Below, in pieces: positions 1 through 9,898 of a stretch of DNA of 64,000 nucleotides. A program made the translations under genes and the position numbers. Source of the stretch: Candidatus Dormiibacterota bacterium (GTDB lineage Bacteria; Chloroflexota; Dormibacteria; Aeolococcales; Bog-877); the NCBI GenBank assembly GCA_035534695.1, contig DATLRN010000035.1:42044-106043 (forward strand), given 5' to 3'. Within the stretch, counting starts at the first letter, position 1; each line of letters begins with the position of its first letter. The notes under the pieces were generated by a model. The model had not been told where the DNA came from and did no database searches. It was given only the letters and a program-made list of their open reading frames with translations.

Positions 1-682
1 CATCGGCATCGTGGTCGCTGCCGGGATCATCTTCGTCCAGCAGGCGACCCGCAAGATTCCCATTCAGTCGGCGCAGCGAGTGGTCGGGCGACAGGTCTAT
101 CAGGGCCGTAGCAGTTTTCTTCCCCTGCGGGTGAACTCGGCCGGGGTAATTCCCATCATCTTCGCCATCTCGATCATGTTTTTCCCAACTATTTTCGGCA
201 ATTTCTTCTCGCCCGCAGCCGGCAAGGGGGGTGGCGTGCTGGGCGCCACCGCGCTCTGGCTGCACACCAACTGGAACCCCTTTGGGCCTATCGTGTGGGT
301 CGATATCGGCTATGAGTTTGTCTATTTCGCACTGATCATGGGCTTCACCTTCTTCTATACGGCGGTGACTTTCGACCCCGAAGACGCCGCCGACAATCTC
401 AAGAAGAGTGCCACCTTCATCCCGGGGATCCGCCCGGGACGAGCCACCGCGCAGTATCTCGCCCGGGTCATGAGCCGGATCACCTTGGCCGGGGCCATCT
501 TCCTTGGTCTCATCACGGTCGTCCTGCCCATCCTGACCGCCCTGCTGACCGGTCAGCAGCCCAGCTCCGGGCTCTACCTTGGGGGAACTGCCGTGCTGAT
601 CGTGGTGGGAGTTTCGCTAGACACCATGAAACAGCTGGAAACACAGCTCCTCATGCGTCAGTACCGTGGCTTCATCCGCTGA
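1..682 (+). CDS. secY: Preprotein translocase subunit SecY, C-terminal part (5' end lies outside the window)
   Basis: Translation 'GIIFVQQATRKIPIQSAQRVVGRQVYQGRSSFLPLRVNSAGVIPIIFA...' matches the conserved SecY C-terminal TM segments. It sits at the end of the spc operon, directly upstream of adk. Confidence 0.9.
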   Translation, partial: IGIVVAAGIIFVQQATRKIPIQSAQRVVGRQVYQGRSSFLPLRVNSAGVIPIIFAISIMFFPTIFGNFFSPAAGKGGGVLGATALWLHTNWNPFGPIVWVDIGYEFVYFALIMGFTFFYTAVTFDPEDAADNLKKSATFIPGIRPGRATAQYLARVMSRITLAGAIFLGLITVVLPILTALLTGQQPSSGLYLGGTAVLIVVGVSLDTMKQLETQLLMRQYRGFIR

Positions 683-697
683 TGCCAGGCGCCGACG

Positions 698-1276
698 GTG
701 GGTGAAGCGACCCGACGCAACGTCGCCCTTTTCGGTCCCGCCGGATCAGGGAAGGGTACCCAGGCCGAGTTTCTAACACGGGAGCTCGGAATTGAGCACA
801 TCGCAACCGGCGAGATGCTGCGCGAGGAGCTGGCCCGGGGGACAGAGCTGGGCCAGACCTTAGCCGCCTACCTGGATGTGGGCAAGCTCGTGCCCGATGA
901 GGTGATCGTGGCCATGATCCGGCACCGGCTGAGCGAGGCCCAAGCCGACGGCGGCTTCGTCCTGGACGGGTTTCCCCGCACCTTGGCCCAAGCGAGGTCA
1001 CTCCTGGAGCTTCTCGTGGGGCTCCAGCGTCCTCTGGATATCGCTGTTGTCCTCGACGTTCCCAGCGACCAGTTGGTGGTCCGGCTCAGTCGACGGGCTG
1101 CCCTGGAGAAACGCGCCGACGACACCCCGGCCGTGATCGCCGAGCGCCTTCGGATTTACCACGATGAGACCGAGCCGGTCCTGGAATTTCTCGCCCAGAC
1201 GGTCCCGATGGTGCGGCTGGATGGCTCGCGACCCGTCGCTGAGGTCAGCCAGACGCTACTCAAGGCCATTGTTTGA
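698..1276 (+). CDS. adk: Adenylate kinase
   Basis: P-loop 'LFGPAGSGKGTQAEFL', the LID-region motifs, and the conserved position secY-adk-map. Confidence 0.92.
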   Translation: MGEATRRNVALFGPAGSGKGTQAEFLTRELGIEHIATGEMLREELARGTELGQTLAAYLDVGKLVPDEVIVAMIRHRLSEAQADGGFVLDGFPRTLAQARSLLELLVGLQRPLDIAVVLDVPSDQLVVRLSRRAALEKRADDTPAVIAERLRIYHDETEPVLEFLAQTVPMVRLDGSRPVAEVSQTLLKAIV

Positions 1277-2031
1277 TCACCCTCAAGCGAGGCGATGAAG
1301 TCGCCCTGATGCGTGATGCGGGACGCAAGCTGGCCCAAGTGTTGGACCACCTCGCGGCCATGGTCGCCCCGGGGGTCACCACCACTGAGCTGGATCGGGC
1401 CGCCAACCGGGAGATCCGGCGCCGGGACAGCTTTCCCGGCTTCCTCGGTTACGACGGCTTCCCCAAGCACATTTGCATTTCGGTGAACAACCAGGTGGTG
1501 CACGGGATCCCCGACGGCCGCAAGCTGGTTGAGGGAGACATCGTCAGCCTCGACTGCGGCCTCATCTACAAGGGCTGGTGGGCTGACGCCGGGCGCACGG
1601 TCGCCTGCGGCCAGGTCGAGCCCGAAGCGGAGCGACTGATCCAGGTGACCAAGGAGGCGCTCGACCTCGGCATCGCGGCCGCGGTACCCGGCAATCATTT
1701 AGGCGACATCGGGCACGCGGTCCAGACCCACGTCGAGAAGAACGGGTATTCCATCGTCCGCGGCTACACCGGGCATGGGATCGGACGGGACATGCACGAG
1801 GACCCCGAGGTCCCTAATCACGGCCAGCCCGGGCGGGGCATCGAGATTCGCCCCGGGCTGTGCCTGGCCATCGAACCGATCGTCAACCAGGGTGATCCGG
1901 GAACCGAGATCGAGGCGGACGGCTGGACCGTGATCACCGCAGACGAGCGGCTCTCCTGCTACTTCGAGCACACCATCGCCATCGGCCCGAACGGTGCGGA
2001 GATACTGACCACAGTTGGGGGTGGTGCCTGA
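1273..2031 (+). CDS. map: Methionine aminopeptidase type I
   Basis: MetAP motifs ('VHGIPD', 'DCG..YKGWWAD', '[11 protein letters not shown]'). The start (TTG at 1273) overlaps the adk stop. Confidence 0.9.
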   Translation: MITLKRGDEVALMRDAGRKLAQVLDHLAAMVAPGVTTTELDRAANREIRRRDSFPGFLGYDGFPKHICISVNNQVVHGIPDGRKLVEGDIVSLDCGLIYKGWWADAGRTVACGQVEPEAERLIQVTKEALDLGIAAAVPGNHLGDIGHAVQTHVEKNGYSIVRGYTGHGIGRDMHEDPEVPNHGQPGRGIEIRPGLCLAIEPIVNQGDPGTEIEADGWTVITADERLSCYFEHTIAIGPNGAEILTTVGGGA

Positions 2032-2107
2032 TCGATCTTCTCCGATCTCCCGATCGGCTATACTTTCCCGCGGGCGAAGCTCGCTCCGCTTTCGTGTGCC
2101 CATCACC

Positions 2108-2320
2108 ATGAACGACCCTGGCGGTCTCCGGGGCCGAGTCCTTGAGCCTTTGCCGAACTCGCTCTTCCGGGTGGAGTTGGAGGGCGGGGGCAAGGTGGTG
2201 GCGCACGCGGCGGGACGGGCCCGTCTGGCGAGCGTACGGCTCCTGCCCGGAGATCGGGTCGTGGTTGAGCTTTCAACCACGGATCCCGGAAGGGGCCGGA
2301 TCTTGGCTCGTCTGGTCTGA
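2108..2320 (+). CDS. infA: Translation initiation factor IF-1
   Basis: Internal ATG at 2108. The 70-aa product '[61 protein letters not shown]' is an S1-like IF-1. Confidence 0.85.
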   Translation: MNDPGGLRGRVLEPLPNSLFRVELEGGGKVVAHAAGRARLASVRLLPGDRVVVELSTTDPGRGRILARLV

Positions 2321-2345
2321 TCAGAACAGTGCAGCGGAGTGTCAG

Positions 2346-2459
2346 ATGAAGGTCCGGGCCTCGGTCAAGAGGATCTGCGACAAGTGCAAGGTGATCCGGC
2401 GCTCCGGCACCGTGCGGGTCATCTGCGAGAACCCCAAGCACAAGCAGCGGCAAGGTTGA
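2346..2459 (+). CDS. rpmJ: 50S ribosomal protein L36
   Basis: The 37-aa product '[37 protein letters not shown]' is canonical L36. The ATG at 2346 lies inside a longer spurious ORF. Confidence 0.92.
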   Translation: MKVRASVKRICDKCKVIRRSGTVRVICENPKHKQRQG

Positions 2460-2472
2460 GGCAGGAGGCCTG

Positions 2473-2856
2473 ATGGCGCGTATCGCTGGCGTTGACCTAC
2501 CCCGAAACAAGCGAATCGAGGTGGGCCTCACCTACGTCTACGGGATTGGCCTGACCACCAGTCACAAGCTGCTCCGGATCGCCCAAATCGACCAGGACAC
2601 CAAGACCGACGACCTGAGCGAGACCCAGGTGGTGCGCTTGCGTGACATCATCGCCAAGGAACTCCCGGGGCGGGTCGAGGGTGATCTCCGCCGCCAGGTG
2701 GCCCTCAACATCAAGCGCCTGATGGAGATCGGGACGTACCGAGGCTTGCGGCACCGGCGCGGACTTCCGGTACGGGGCCAGCGGACCCGGACCAACGCCA
2801 GGTCACGGCGGGGACCCCGCAAGACCGTGGGCGTACGGCGGAAGAAGGGCAAGTGA
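2473..2856 (+). CDS. rpsM: 30S ribosomal protein S13
   Basis: '[26 protein letters not shown]' is the S13 N-terminus and the C-terminal tail is basic. Confidence 0.95.
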   Translation: MARIAGVDLPRNKRIEVGLTYVYGIGLTTSHKLLRIAQIDQDTKTDDLSETQVVRLRDIIAKELPGRVEGDLRRQVALNIKRLMEIGTYRGLRHRRGLPVRGQRTRTNARSRRGPRKTVGVRRKKGK

Positions 2857-2904
2857 TCACGAGCCTGACGGCAGCGTCGGTACTGGATTGGTCGAGGAGC
2901 TGAT

Positions 2905-3300
2905 TTGGCGAAGAAAAAGAAGGTGGTTCGGACCCGGCGCCGCGAGCGCAAGAACATCGCGGTCGGCCGCGCCCACGTTTTCAGCACCTTCAACAACACC
3001 ATCGTGACCTTGACCGACCCCACCGGCAACGTCATCGCCTGGGGCAGTGCCGGCTCTTCCGGCTTCAAAGGCTCGCGCAAGAGCACGCCATTCGCCGCCC
3101 AGGTGACCGCGGAGGCCGCCGCCAAGCGAGCGATGGAGCACGGCCTCAAGGCGATCGAGGTGCTGGTGAAAGGCCCGGGCGCCGGCCGCGAGGCGGCGAT
3201 CCGCTCCCTGCAGGCGGCTGGTCTGGAGGTGACGTCGATCACCGATGTCACCCCGGTTCCTCACAACGGTTGCCGCCCGCCCAAGCGGCGCCGGGTCTGA
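2905..3300 (+). CDS. rpsK: 30S ribosomal protein S11
   Basis: '[38 protein letters not shown]' is the S11 signature. A GGAG ribosome-binding site sits upstream. Confidence 0.95.
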   Translation: MAKKKKVVRTRRRERKNIAVGRAHVFSTFNNTIVTLTDPTGNVIAWGSAGSSGFKGSRKSTPFAAQVTAEAAAKRAMEHGLKAIEVLVKGPGAGREAAIRSLQAAGLEVTSITDVTPVPHNGCRPPKRRRV

Positions 3301-3311
3301 GGAGGTAAGGC

Positions 3312-3944
3312 ATGGCCAATCCGCATTCTCCCGTCTGCCGGCTCTGCCGGCGCGAGGGCGTCAAGCTCTTTCTCAAGGGCGACAAGTGCCTGGGTGAGCG
3401 CTGCACCTTCACCAAGCGCAACGCCACCCCGCCGGGTATGCACGGTCTATCGCGACGGCGCCGGATCAGTGACTACGGGATCCAGCTGCGGGCCAAGCAG
3501 CGGGGGCGGCGCATCTTCGGAGTTCTCGAGACCCAGTTCCACAATTACTTCGACGCCGCGGCGGCCCGCAAGGGCGTGACCGGCACCGTTCTCCTGCAGA
3601 TGCTGGAGCGGCGCTTGGACAACGTCGTCTACCGGGCCGGATTCGCGTCGTCGCGGAAGGAGGCACGTCAGCTCGTCTCCCACCGCCACTTCCAGGTCGA
3701 CGGCAGGATGGTCAACATCCCAGCCTTCCAGGTGAAGCCAGGTCAGGTGATCACGGTGCGCCCGCGCAGCCGCGACCTGGCTCCCATTAATCGCTCGCTG
3801 GAGTCCCGGGGAGGCCAAACTCTTCCCGGCTGGATGACCCTCTACCCCGATGAGCGCCGGGTGGACGTCACCCGGCTGCCGGAACGGCCGGAGATGGACA
3901 CCAGCATCGACGAGCAACTGATCGTCGAGTGGTACTCCCGCTAG
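3312..3944 (+). CDS. rpsD: 30S ribosomal protein S4
   Basis: Zinc-finger-like 'CRLCRREGVKLFLKGDKC' N-terminus followed by an S4 domain. Confidence 0.95.
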   Translation: MANPHSPVCRLCRREGVKLFLKGDKCLGERCTFTKRNATPPGMHGLSRRRRISDYGIQLRAKQRGRRIFGVLETQFHNYFDAAAARKGVTGTVLLQMLERRLDNVVYRAGFASSRKEARQLVSHRHFQVDGRMVNIPAFQVKPGQVITVRPRSRDLAPINRSLESRGGQTLPGWMTLYPDERRVDVTRLPERPEMDTSIDEQLIVEWYSR

Positions 3945-3986
3945 ACCAGGCGCTTCGGCCAGCTACCCACGAGGACATTGCTACTT

Positions 3987-4958
3987 ATGCCAGAGACTGC
4001 GATTCAGCCGACGGTCCACGAGGTGGACGCTTCCAAGGACCACGGGCGCTTTGAGATCGAGCCGCTAGAAGCCGGCTACGGAACTACCCTGGGCAACTCC
4101 CTACGCCGGGTGCTGCTCTCGTCGCTCACCGGGGCCGCTGTGACGGCGGTCTCCATTGACGGTGTGGCTCATGAGTTCTCCAGCATCAAGTACGTCAAGG
4201 AGGACGTGGGCGAGATTCTGCTCAACATCAAGCAGCTGAGCCTCACCTGTCACAACCCCGAAGGGGCGCGTCTGACCCTTGACGTCCAGGGTGGGCGGCG
4301 GGTGACGGCCGCCGATATCAGCGCCAACTCAGACGTGGAGATAGCCAATCCCGAACTCTACCTGTGTACTCTGGACGGAGCGCATGCCAAGTTGCGGATG
4401 GACTTGACCGTGGAGATTGGCAAGGGGTACTCGCCTGCCGAGCGCAACAAGAAGGAAGGCCAGCCGATCGGGGTGATCCCGGTCGACGCCATCTTCACCC
4501 CAGTGGTAAAGGCCAACTTCCTGGTCGAGAAGACGCGTGTCGGACAGGATACCGACTGGGAGAAGTTGATCCTTGAGATCTGGAGCAACGGCACCATTCC
4601 CCCGGTCGAGGCGGTGAGCCGCGCCGCTGAGTACTACACCCGCCACCTCAGTCTCTTCACCACCTTCGGCGAGAGCCTGACCGAGTCGGCGCTGGGAGCG
4701 GTCGTGGGGACTGACCTCAAGAGCCGGCTCGCCGACGTCGCGGTGGACGAGTTGGAGCTCAGCGTGCGGGCCCTCAACTGCCTCAAGGCCAACGACATCA
4801 CCAGGCTGGGCGAGTTGCTGGCCATGCGGGTCGAGGAGCTCTTGGCCCTGCGCAACTTCGGGGCCAAGTCGCTGGACGAGATCAAGCAGAAGTTGGTGGC
4901 CCGCGGCTTCGTCGGCGAGGACGAGGTCGACGACCTCTTCCAGAAGGGAGACCGCTAG
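3987..4958 (+). CDS. rpoA: DNA-directed RNA polymerase subunit alpha
   Basis: 'FEIEPLEAGYGTTLGNSLRRVLLSSLTGAAVT' is the alpha N-terminal domain, and the C-terminal domain has 'LSVRALNCLKANDI'. The start could instead be the TTG at 3978. Confidence 0.93.
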   Translation: MPETAIQPTVHEVDASKDHGRFEIEPLEAGYGTTLGNSLRRVLLSSLTGAAVTAVSIDGVAHEFSSIKYVKEDVGEILLNIKQLSLTCHNPEGARLTLDVQGGRRVTAADISANSDVEIANPELYLCTLDGAHAKLRMDLTVEIGKGYSPAERNKKEGQPIGVIPVDAIFTPVVKANFLVEKTRVGQDTDWEKLILEIWSNGTIPPVEAVSRAAEYYTRHLSLFTTFGESLTESALGAVVGTDLKSRLADVAVDELELSVRALNCLKANDITRLGELLAMRVEELLALRNFGAKSLDEIKQKLVARGFVGEDEVDDLFQKGDR

Positions 4959-4962
4959 GCGG

Positions 4963-5316
4963 ATGCGTCACCTCAAGGCGGGTCGGAAGCTGGGGCGCAC
5001 GTCAGCGCATCGGATTGCGCTGACGCGCAACCTCGCCACCGCCTTGTTCGAGCACGGTCGGATCGAAACCACCGAGGCCAAGGCCAAGGAGATCCGGCGT
5101 TGGGTCGAGCGCGTGGTCACGGTGGCCAAGACCGACGATCTGGCGGCACGGCGACGGGTGGCTCGAGTGGTGTCCCGTGAGGACGTGGCGGTAAAGCTGT
5201 TCACCCAGTACGCGGATCGCTACCGGGACCGTCCCGGAGGCTACACCAGGATCATCCGCCGGGGACCGCGCCAGGGCGACGGGGCTCCGGTGGTGATCAT
5301 GGAGATGGTGGAATAG
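4963..5316 (+). CDS. rplQ: 50S ribosomal protein L17
   Basis: 'MRHLKAGRKLGRTSAHRIALTRNLATALFEHGRIETT' is canonical L17. Confidence 0.95.
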   Translation: MRHLKAGRKLGRTSAHRIALTRNLATALFEHGRIETTEAKAKEIRRWVERVVTVAKTDDLAARRRVARVVSREDVAVKLFTQYADRYRDRPGGYTRIIRRGPRQGDGAPVVIMEMVE

Positions 5317-6083
5317 TGCTCAGCACCTACCGCATGGTTCTTGCCTACGACGGCAGCCGTTACCACGGCTGGCAGGCCCAGCCCCAGGTGAGGACGGTGC
5401 AAGGCGAGCTCAGCAAGGCTCTGGCTTCACTGACCGATGAGCGACCGCTGCTCACCGCGGCTGGTCGCACCGACGCCGGCGCCCACGCCCACGGGCAGGT
5501 GGTGGCCTTCGGCCTCAGCTCGGAGTGGGCGCCCCAGGTGCTGGTGAGTGGCTGCAACGCGCTCCTGCCCCAGGACATCGGTGTTCTGACAACCGATCTG
5601 GTTGCCTCCGACTTTCATCCTCGTTTCGGAGCCTGGCGGCGGACCTATCGGTATCTGGTCCATGACCGGGCGAGTGCCGACCCGGTGGGGCGCCAGTACC
5701 AGTGGCGCATCCCACAAGCGTTGGAGTTGGCGCCCATGCGAACTGCCGCGAGGCTGTACTTGGGAAGGCACGATTTCATGGCCTTCGGCCGCAGCCCCGC
5801 TTCGGGAGGTTCGACCGTTCGGACGGTTGATCGAGCCGAGCTGGAGCGGCGAGGGGCTTCGATCCAACTGGAGATCCGTGCCGATGCGTTCCTCAAGGGA
5901 ATGATGCGCAACTTCGTCGGCGCCCTGGTAGCGGTGGGCAGCGGCCGCTGTGCCGCCTCCGATGTCAGGCACGCCCTGGCCGATCCCCAGAACGCCAAGC
6001 GCCCCTGGGTGATGGCACCCGCCCACGGCTTGCACCAGTGGCGGGTCGAGTACCGGGTTCCGGTGGGGGAGCAGGCGGCATGA
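5316..6083 (+). CDS. truA: tRNA pseudouridine(38-40) synthase
   Basis: 'YDGSRYHGWQAQ' plus the catalytic 'GRTDAGAHA' motif. The GTG start overlaps the rplQ stop. Confidence 0.9.
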   Translation: MLSTYRMVLAYDGSRYHGWQAQPQVRTVQGELSKALASLTDERPLLTAAGRTDAGAHAHGQVVAFGLSSEWAPQVLVSGCNALLPQDIGVLTTDLVASDFHPRFGAWRRTYRYLVHDRASADPVGRQYQWRIPQALELAPMRTAARLYLGRHDFMAFGRSPASGGSTVRTVDRAELERRGASIQLEIRADAFLKGMMRNFVGALVAVGSGRCAASDVRHALADPQNAKRPWVMAPAHGLHQWRVEYRVPVGEQAA

Positions 6084-6550
6084 GCTCAGTCGCCCAGCGC
6101 AGCTTTGTAGCGGTTGAGAAGCCGGGCGAGGAAGAGTGGCTTCTGGTCGACGCTCGGGGCCAGACCTTAGGTCGACTGGCCGTGAATCTGGCCCGGGTGC
6201 TCAGAGGCAAGCATCGCCCCACCTACACTCCCCACGCTCTTTGTGGCGATCAGGTGATTGTCATCAATGCCTCTGAGATCGTGGTCACCGGAGCCAAGCG
6301 GACCGATAAGATCTACGACCGCTATAGCGGGTATCCGGGAGGCCGGCGCGAGCGCACCTACCAGGAATTGGTTGATCGAGACCCGACCGCGCCTCTCCGC
6401 GAGGCGGTGCGGGGCATGCTGCAGCACAATAACCTCGGCGACCGGCAGTTGCGAAGGCTCAAGATTTATCCAGGAAGCGAACATCCGCACAGTGCCCAGC
6501 AGCCGACCGCGATCACATTCGGCGACCACGGAGAGGTAGAGAAACCTTGA
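6080..6550 (+). CDS. rplM: 50S ribosomal protein L13
   Basis: 'WLLVDARGQTLGRLAVNLARVLRGKHRPTYTPH' is L13. The ATG at 6080 overlaps the truA stop (ATGA). Confidence 0.93.
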   Translation: MSSVAQRSFVAVEKPGEEEWLLVDARGQTLGRLAVNLARVLRGKHRPTYTPHALCGDQVIVINASEIVVTGAKRTDKIYDRYSGYPGGRRERTYQELVDRDPTAPLREAVRGMLQHNNLGDRQLRRLKIYPGSEHPHSAQQPTAITFGDHGEVEKP

Positions 6551-6951
6551 TCAACCAGGACCAGACCCGATATTCGTACGGCACTGGTCGTCGCAAGACG
6601 GCGGTCGCCCGGGTGCGGATTTATCCCGGCGATGGCACTGCCGTCATCAACGACCGGGAGCCGCTCCGCCACTTCGGGCGGCGAGAACTGGAACAGGCGG
6701 CTCTCCGGCCTCTTCAGATCTCGGGGATGGCCGATCGGTTCCGGGTATCGGTCAAGGTGGTCGGCGGCGGCGTATCCGGGCAGGCGGGGGCGGTCGCGCA
6801 CGGTCTGGCACGGGCCCTGTGCGCCTGGGACCCAGAGTTGCGCGGCCCGCTCAAGGCGGCTGGGTTGATGACTCGCGATCCCCGGATGAAGGAGCGCAAG
6901 AAGCCCGGTCTGAAGCGAGCCCGCAAGGCTCCCCAGTACACGAAGCGCTGA
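6547..6951 (+). CDS. rpsI: 30S ribosomal protein S9
   Basis: 'YGTGRRKTAVARV' plus a C-terminal 'KKPGLKRARKAPQYTKR'. The TTG start overlaps the rplM stop. Confidence 0.93.
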   Translation: MINQDQTRYSYGTGRRKTAVARVRIYPGDGTAVINDREPLRHFGRRELEQAALRPLQISGMADRFRVSVKVVGGGVSGQAGAVAHGLARALCAWDPELRGPLKAAGLMTRDPRMKERKKPGLKRARKAPQYTKR

Positions 6952-6985
6952 AACTACCCTTACACACACCCGTTCCAAATACATT

Positions 6986-7002
6986 CCCGCCGTTCCGGCG
7001 GG
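6986..7002 (+). terminator. GC-rich hairpin (CCCGCCG-TTCC-GGCGGG) downstream of rpsI; putative intrinsic terminator
   Basis: A perfect 6-7 bp GC stem with a 4-nt loop lies 35 nt after the rpsI stop. There is no U-tract, which is common in high-GC genomes. Confidence 0.4.
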
Positions 7003-7026
7003 AGCCGAGTTCCTCCTTGGGGTGAA

Positions 7027-7920
7027 GTGGGCCAAGACCTGCGTGGACGCGATTTCCTGGCGGTGTCTGATCTCAGCCGAGATGAACTCAGCGGCCTGCT
7101 TGATTCCGCATCTGAACTGAAGCGGGGAGCGGAGCCTGGCACGCCTCTGGCCCGCAACTCGCTGGCCCTGATCTTTCTGCGCCCCAGCAATCGCACCAGG
7201 GTTTCCTTCGAGGCGGCGATCCACCGTCTGGGTGGTCACCCGATCGCCCTCTTCGATCGGGAGATCGACATGGGTCGGCGCGAGTCGGTCGCCGACGTTG
7301 GTCGCATTCTCGATGGCTTCGTGGCTGGGCTGGTGGCCCGGATACCCTCCGATCGTGATCTCCGTGGTCTGGCTCAGGCGATGGATGGTCCAGTCATCAA
7401 CGCCATGACCGACCGCGGCCATCCCTGCCAGATCCTGGCCGACTGTCTCACCTTCCAGGAGCAGCTAGGGCACCTGGAAGGTGCCCGGATCACCTTCGTG
7501 GGAGATGGCAACAACGTGTGCAGCTCTTTAATTGAGGCAGCCGAAGTGGTCGGTCTCGACCTTCGCGTGGTCAGTCCGCCAGGCTACGAACCAACATCCT
7601 TTCCGGCCTCTAATCTAGACAATGCGCTGGCCGACACTGAGATCATTTACACCGACGTCTGGACCTCGATGGGGCAAGAGGAGCAGCATGAGGATCGGCG
7701 CCAAGACTTCGGGCCTTATCAGGTGAATCAGGCGCTCTTGGGACGGGCTCCCCGGAGCGTCAAAGTCATGCACTGCCTTCCCGCCCACCGGGGCGAAGAG
7801 ATAACCGATGAGGTCCTCGACGGGCCCCAGTCGATGGTGTTCGCCCAGGCGGAGAACCGCTTCTGGGTTCAGTTGGCCCTACTGGCCGCCATCTTCGGGC
7901 CCGGCGGAGAGTTGGCCTGA
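7027..7920 (+). CDS. argF: Ornithine carbamoyltransferase-family protein
   Basis: Carbamoyl-phosphate site 'SNRTR' (a variant of STRTR), 'HPCQILAD', ornithine-site 'DVWTSMG', and C-terminal 'HCLPAHRGEE'. Confidence 0.8.
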   Translation: MGQDLRGRDFLAVSDLSRDELSGLLDSASELKRGAEPGTPLARNSLALIFLRPSNRTRVSFEAAIHRLGGHPIALFDREIDMGRRESVADVGRILDGFVAGLVARIPSDRDLRGLAQAMDGPVINAMTDRGHPCQILADCLTFQEQLGHLEGARITFVGDGNNVCSSLIEAAEVVGLDLRVVSPPGYEPTSFPASNLDNALADTEIIYTDVWTSMGQEEQHEDRRQDFGPYQVNQALLGRAPRSVKVMHCLPAHRGEEITDEVLDGPQSMVFAQAENRFWVQLALLAAIFGPGGELA

Positions 7921-8834
7921 TGGAGCTGGGCTGGCTGGGCGGGCTGCCCCTCACGGTGTCGGGTCTCAGTGTCGGGGAAGCGACCCGTGTCCTGCTCCAC
8001 ACGGTGGGCTGGAGGGCGGTCCTCGACATCCTCATTATCGCCTTCCTGGCCTACCGGCTCCTGATCCTGATCCGGGGCACCCAGGCGGTGCAGTTGCTGG
8101 TTGGTCTGCTCCTGATCGGGGCCCTGGCCGCCATCGCCAACATTCTCAACCTGCCGGTGCTCAAGTTCATCTTCAACAATGGCGGCCAGGTCATCGTCAT
8201 CGCCGTGGTGATCTTGTTCCAGCCAGAGCTACGGAGGGCGCTGGACCAGATGGGCCGATTGGGGCGGCTTCGGCAGGGCCTTCTCGCGCCGGAGACGGCT
8301 CAGCTCAAGCGGAACGTCGACGAGGTGGTGCGAGCGGCGACTCGCCTGGCCGAGTCAGCGACCGGCGCCCTGATCGTCTTACAGGGAAACATCGGGCTCG
8401 AGGAGATCGCCGAGACGGGAGTCCGGATGGATGCCCTCCTCAGCGCCGAGACCCTGGTGACCATCTTCACCTACCGCTCTCCGCTCCATGACGGAGCCGC
8501 CCTGGTGCGGGCTGGTCGGGTGGTCGCCGCCGGCTGTGTGTTGCCTTTAGCGGAACAGACTGGTAGTCAAGGCCGGGTGGGAACCCGCCACCGGGCGGCC
8601 ATGGGGCTCAGCCAGGCGACCGACGCCGCCGTGGTCATCGTGTCCGAGGAATCGGGTAGGGTGAGCCTAGCTCAGGGCGGCGAACTGCAGCGTGAGCTGG
8701 ACGTGAACGCGCTGACCAACCGGCTGGGTGCCTTCTATCACTTGCCGCTTTACGAGCGCCACCGGCGCACACTTCGGCTTCGGGGGCGGGGATCGCGCGA
8801 ACCCGCCCCGGCACATGGAGCTGATCGCCAATGA
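7920..8834 (+). CDS. cdaA: Diadenylate cyclase CdaA (membrane-anchored DAC domain)
   Basis: Three N-terminal TM helices followed by a DAC domain with 'DGAALV', 'GTRHRAAMGLSQATDAAVVIVSEESGRVS'. The start overlaps the argF stop (TGATG). Confidence 0.88.
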   Translation: MELGWLGGLPLTVSGLSVGEATRVLLHTVGWRAVLDILIIAFLAYRLLILIRGTQAVQLLVGLLLIGALAAIANILNLPVLKFIFNNGGQVIVIAVVILFQPELRRALDQMGRLGRLRQGLLAPETAQLKRNVDEVVRAATRLAESATGALIVLQGNIGLEEIAETGVRMDALLSAETLVTIFTYRSPLHDGAALVRAGRVVAAGCVLPLAEQTGSQGRVGTRHRAAMGLSQATDAAVVIVSEESGRVSLAQGGELQRELDVNALTNRLGAFYHLPLYERHRRTLRLRGRGSREPAPAHGADRQ

Positions 8835-9820
8835 TTCGTCGCCTCCCCCTCTTCATCACCCGTAATTTCCGGCTCAAGCTGGTTGCCGTGGTGGTGGCCT
8901 GTGGCATGTGGGTCGGTGTCGTCTACGCCAGCGATCCCCCCGCGATTCAGACCTACAACGTCCACGTGCAGCCGGGTACATCGCTGCGCGCCGGCTTGGT
9001 TCTGGCCAAGCCCATCGGCACCGTCGACGTGAAGATCGCTGGGGTGTCCAGCCATGTCCGGAGCTCTGAGGTTTCGAACCATCTCAGCGCTACCGCGGAT
9101 CTGAGCCGCATCACCAAGCAGGGCGAGTACCAGGTGAGTGTCAGGGTGGATCTCAGCGACGGCAACGTGTGGATCTGGTCGGCACCAAAAACAGTCGAGG
9201 TATTGGTCGACAAGGAAACCACCCGGTCGATTCCCGTCCATCTGACCGTCAGCTCCGCCCCACCGGTCGGATTCACCTTCAATCAGGCCCAGAGCGTGGT
9301 CTCCCCTGCCAACGTGACCGTGTCTGGCCCAGACACGGTGCTGGCCAACATCCAGGCCGAGGCGATCGTCGACCTCTCCTCGATAAGGACATCGCTAGCG
9401 ATTTCAGAGCCGGTCAAGCTGGTCAACGCCAATGGCCCGACGTCGGAGGTCACCGTGACCCCCTCCCTGGTCAGTGTCGCCGTGGCGATCGCCTCGGAGA
9501 ACACCGAGGCGGAACTGCCGGTCATACCGACTTTCTCGGGCACTGGGCAGGCTCCGTCTGGTTACAAGGTGACTGGTATCCAGGTCGAGCCGCTGACAGT
9601 GATTGCGACCGGACCGGCATCCGTGGTTACGCTGCTCTCGTCGATAGCGACCCAGCCGATCGACCTCAGTCACGCCACTTCTAGCGAGACGGTCAACGTC
9701 CAGCTGGTGACTCCGGCCGGCACCAGCTTGTCGACGGGATCGATCAGCGTGGTCATCACCATCGCCCCGGTGGCCTCGGCCTCGCCAACGCCCTCGCCAA
9801 CACCAACGCCGACTCCTTGA
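8831..9820 (+). CDS. cdaR: CdaA regulatory protein CdaR (YbbR-like domains)
   Basis: N-terminal TM anchor, repeated YbbR-like beta-rich segments, and a Pro/Thr-rich tail. The start overlaps the cdaA stop (ATGA). Confidence 0.75.
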   Translation: MIRRLPLFITRNFRLKLVAVVVACGMWVGVVYASDPPAIQTYNVHVQPGTSLRAGLVLAKPIGTVDVKIAGVSSHVRSSEVSNHLSATADLSRITKQGEYQVSVRVDLSDGNVWIWSAPKTVEVLVDKETTRSIPVHLTVSSAPPVGFTFNQAQSVVSPANVTVSGPDTVLANIQAEAIVDLSSIRTSLAISEPVKLVNANGPTSEVTVTPSLVSVAVAIASENTEAELPVIPTFSGTGQAPSGYKVTGIQVEPLTVIATGPASVVTLLSSIATQPIDLSHATSSETVNVQLVTPAGTSLSTGSISVVITIAPVASASPTPSPTPTPTP

Positions 9821-9898
9821 GCGTTAGGCAGTAACCTGACCAGGCTAGGGCCGTTGGAGGTGGCGGGGCAGGGATGAAGGGAGACTGATAAGCAACCC

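Noticed and set aside
9776-9817. Pro/Thr/Ser-encoding short repeats at the 3' end of cdaR
   Set aside because: It is a low-complexity linker or tail of an extracytoplasmic protein with no higher-order repeat structure. It is in frame and coding.
9821-9898. Possible glmS ribozyme upstream of glmS
   Set aside because: Only 78 nt are available. None of the conserved glmS ribozyme core segments are present, and glmS ribozymes are not expected in this high-GC lineage.
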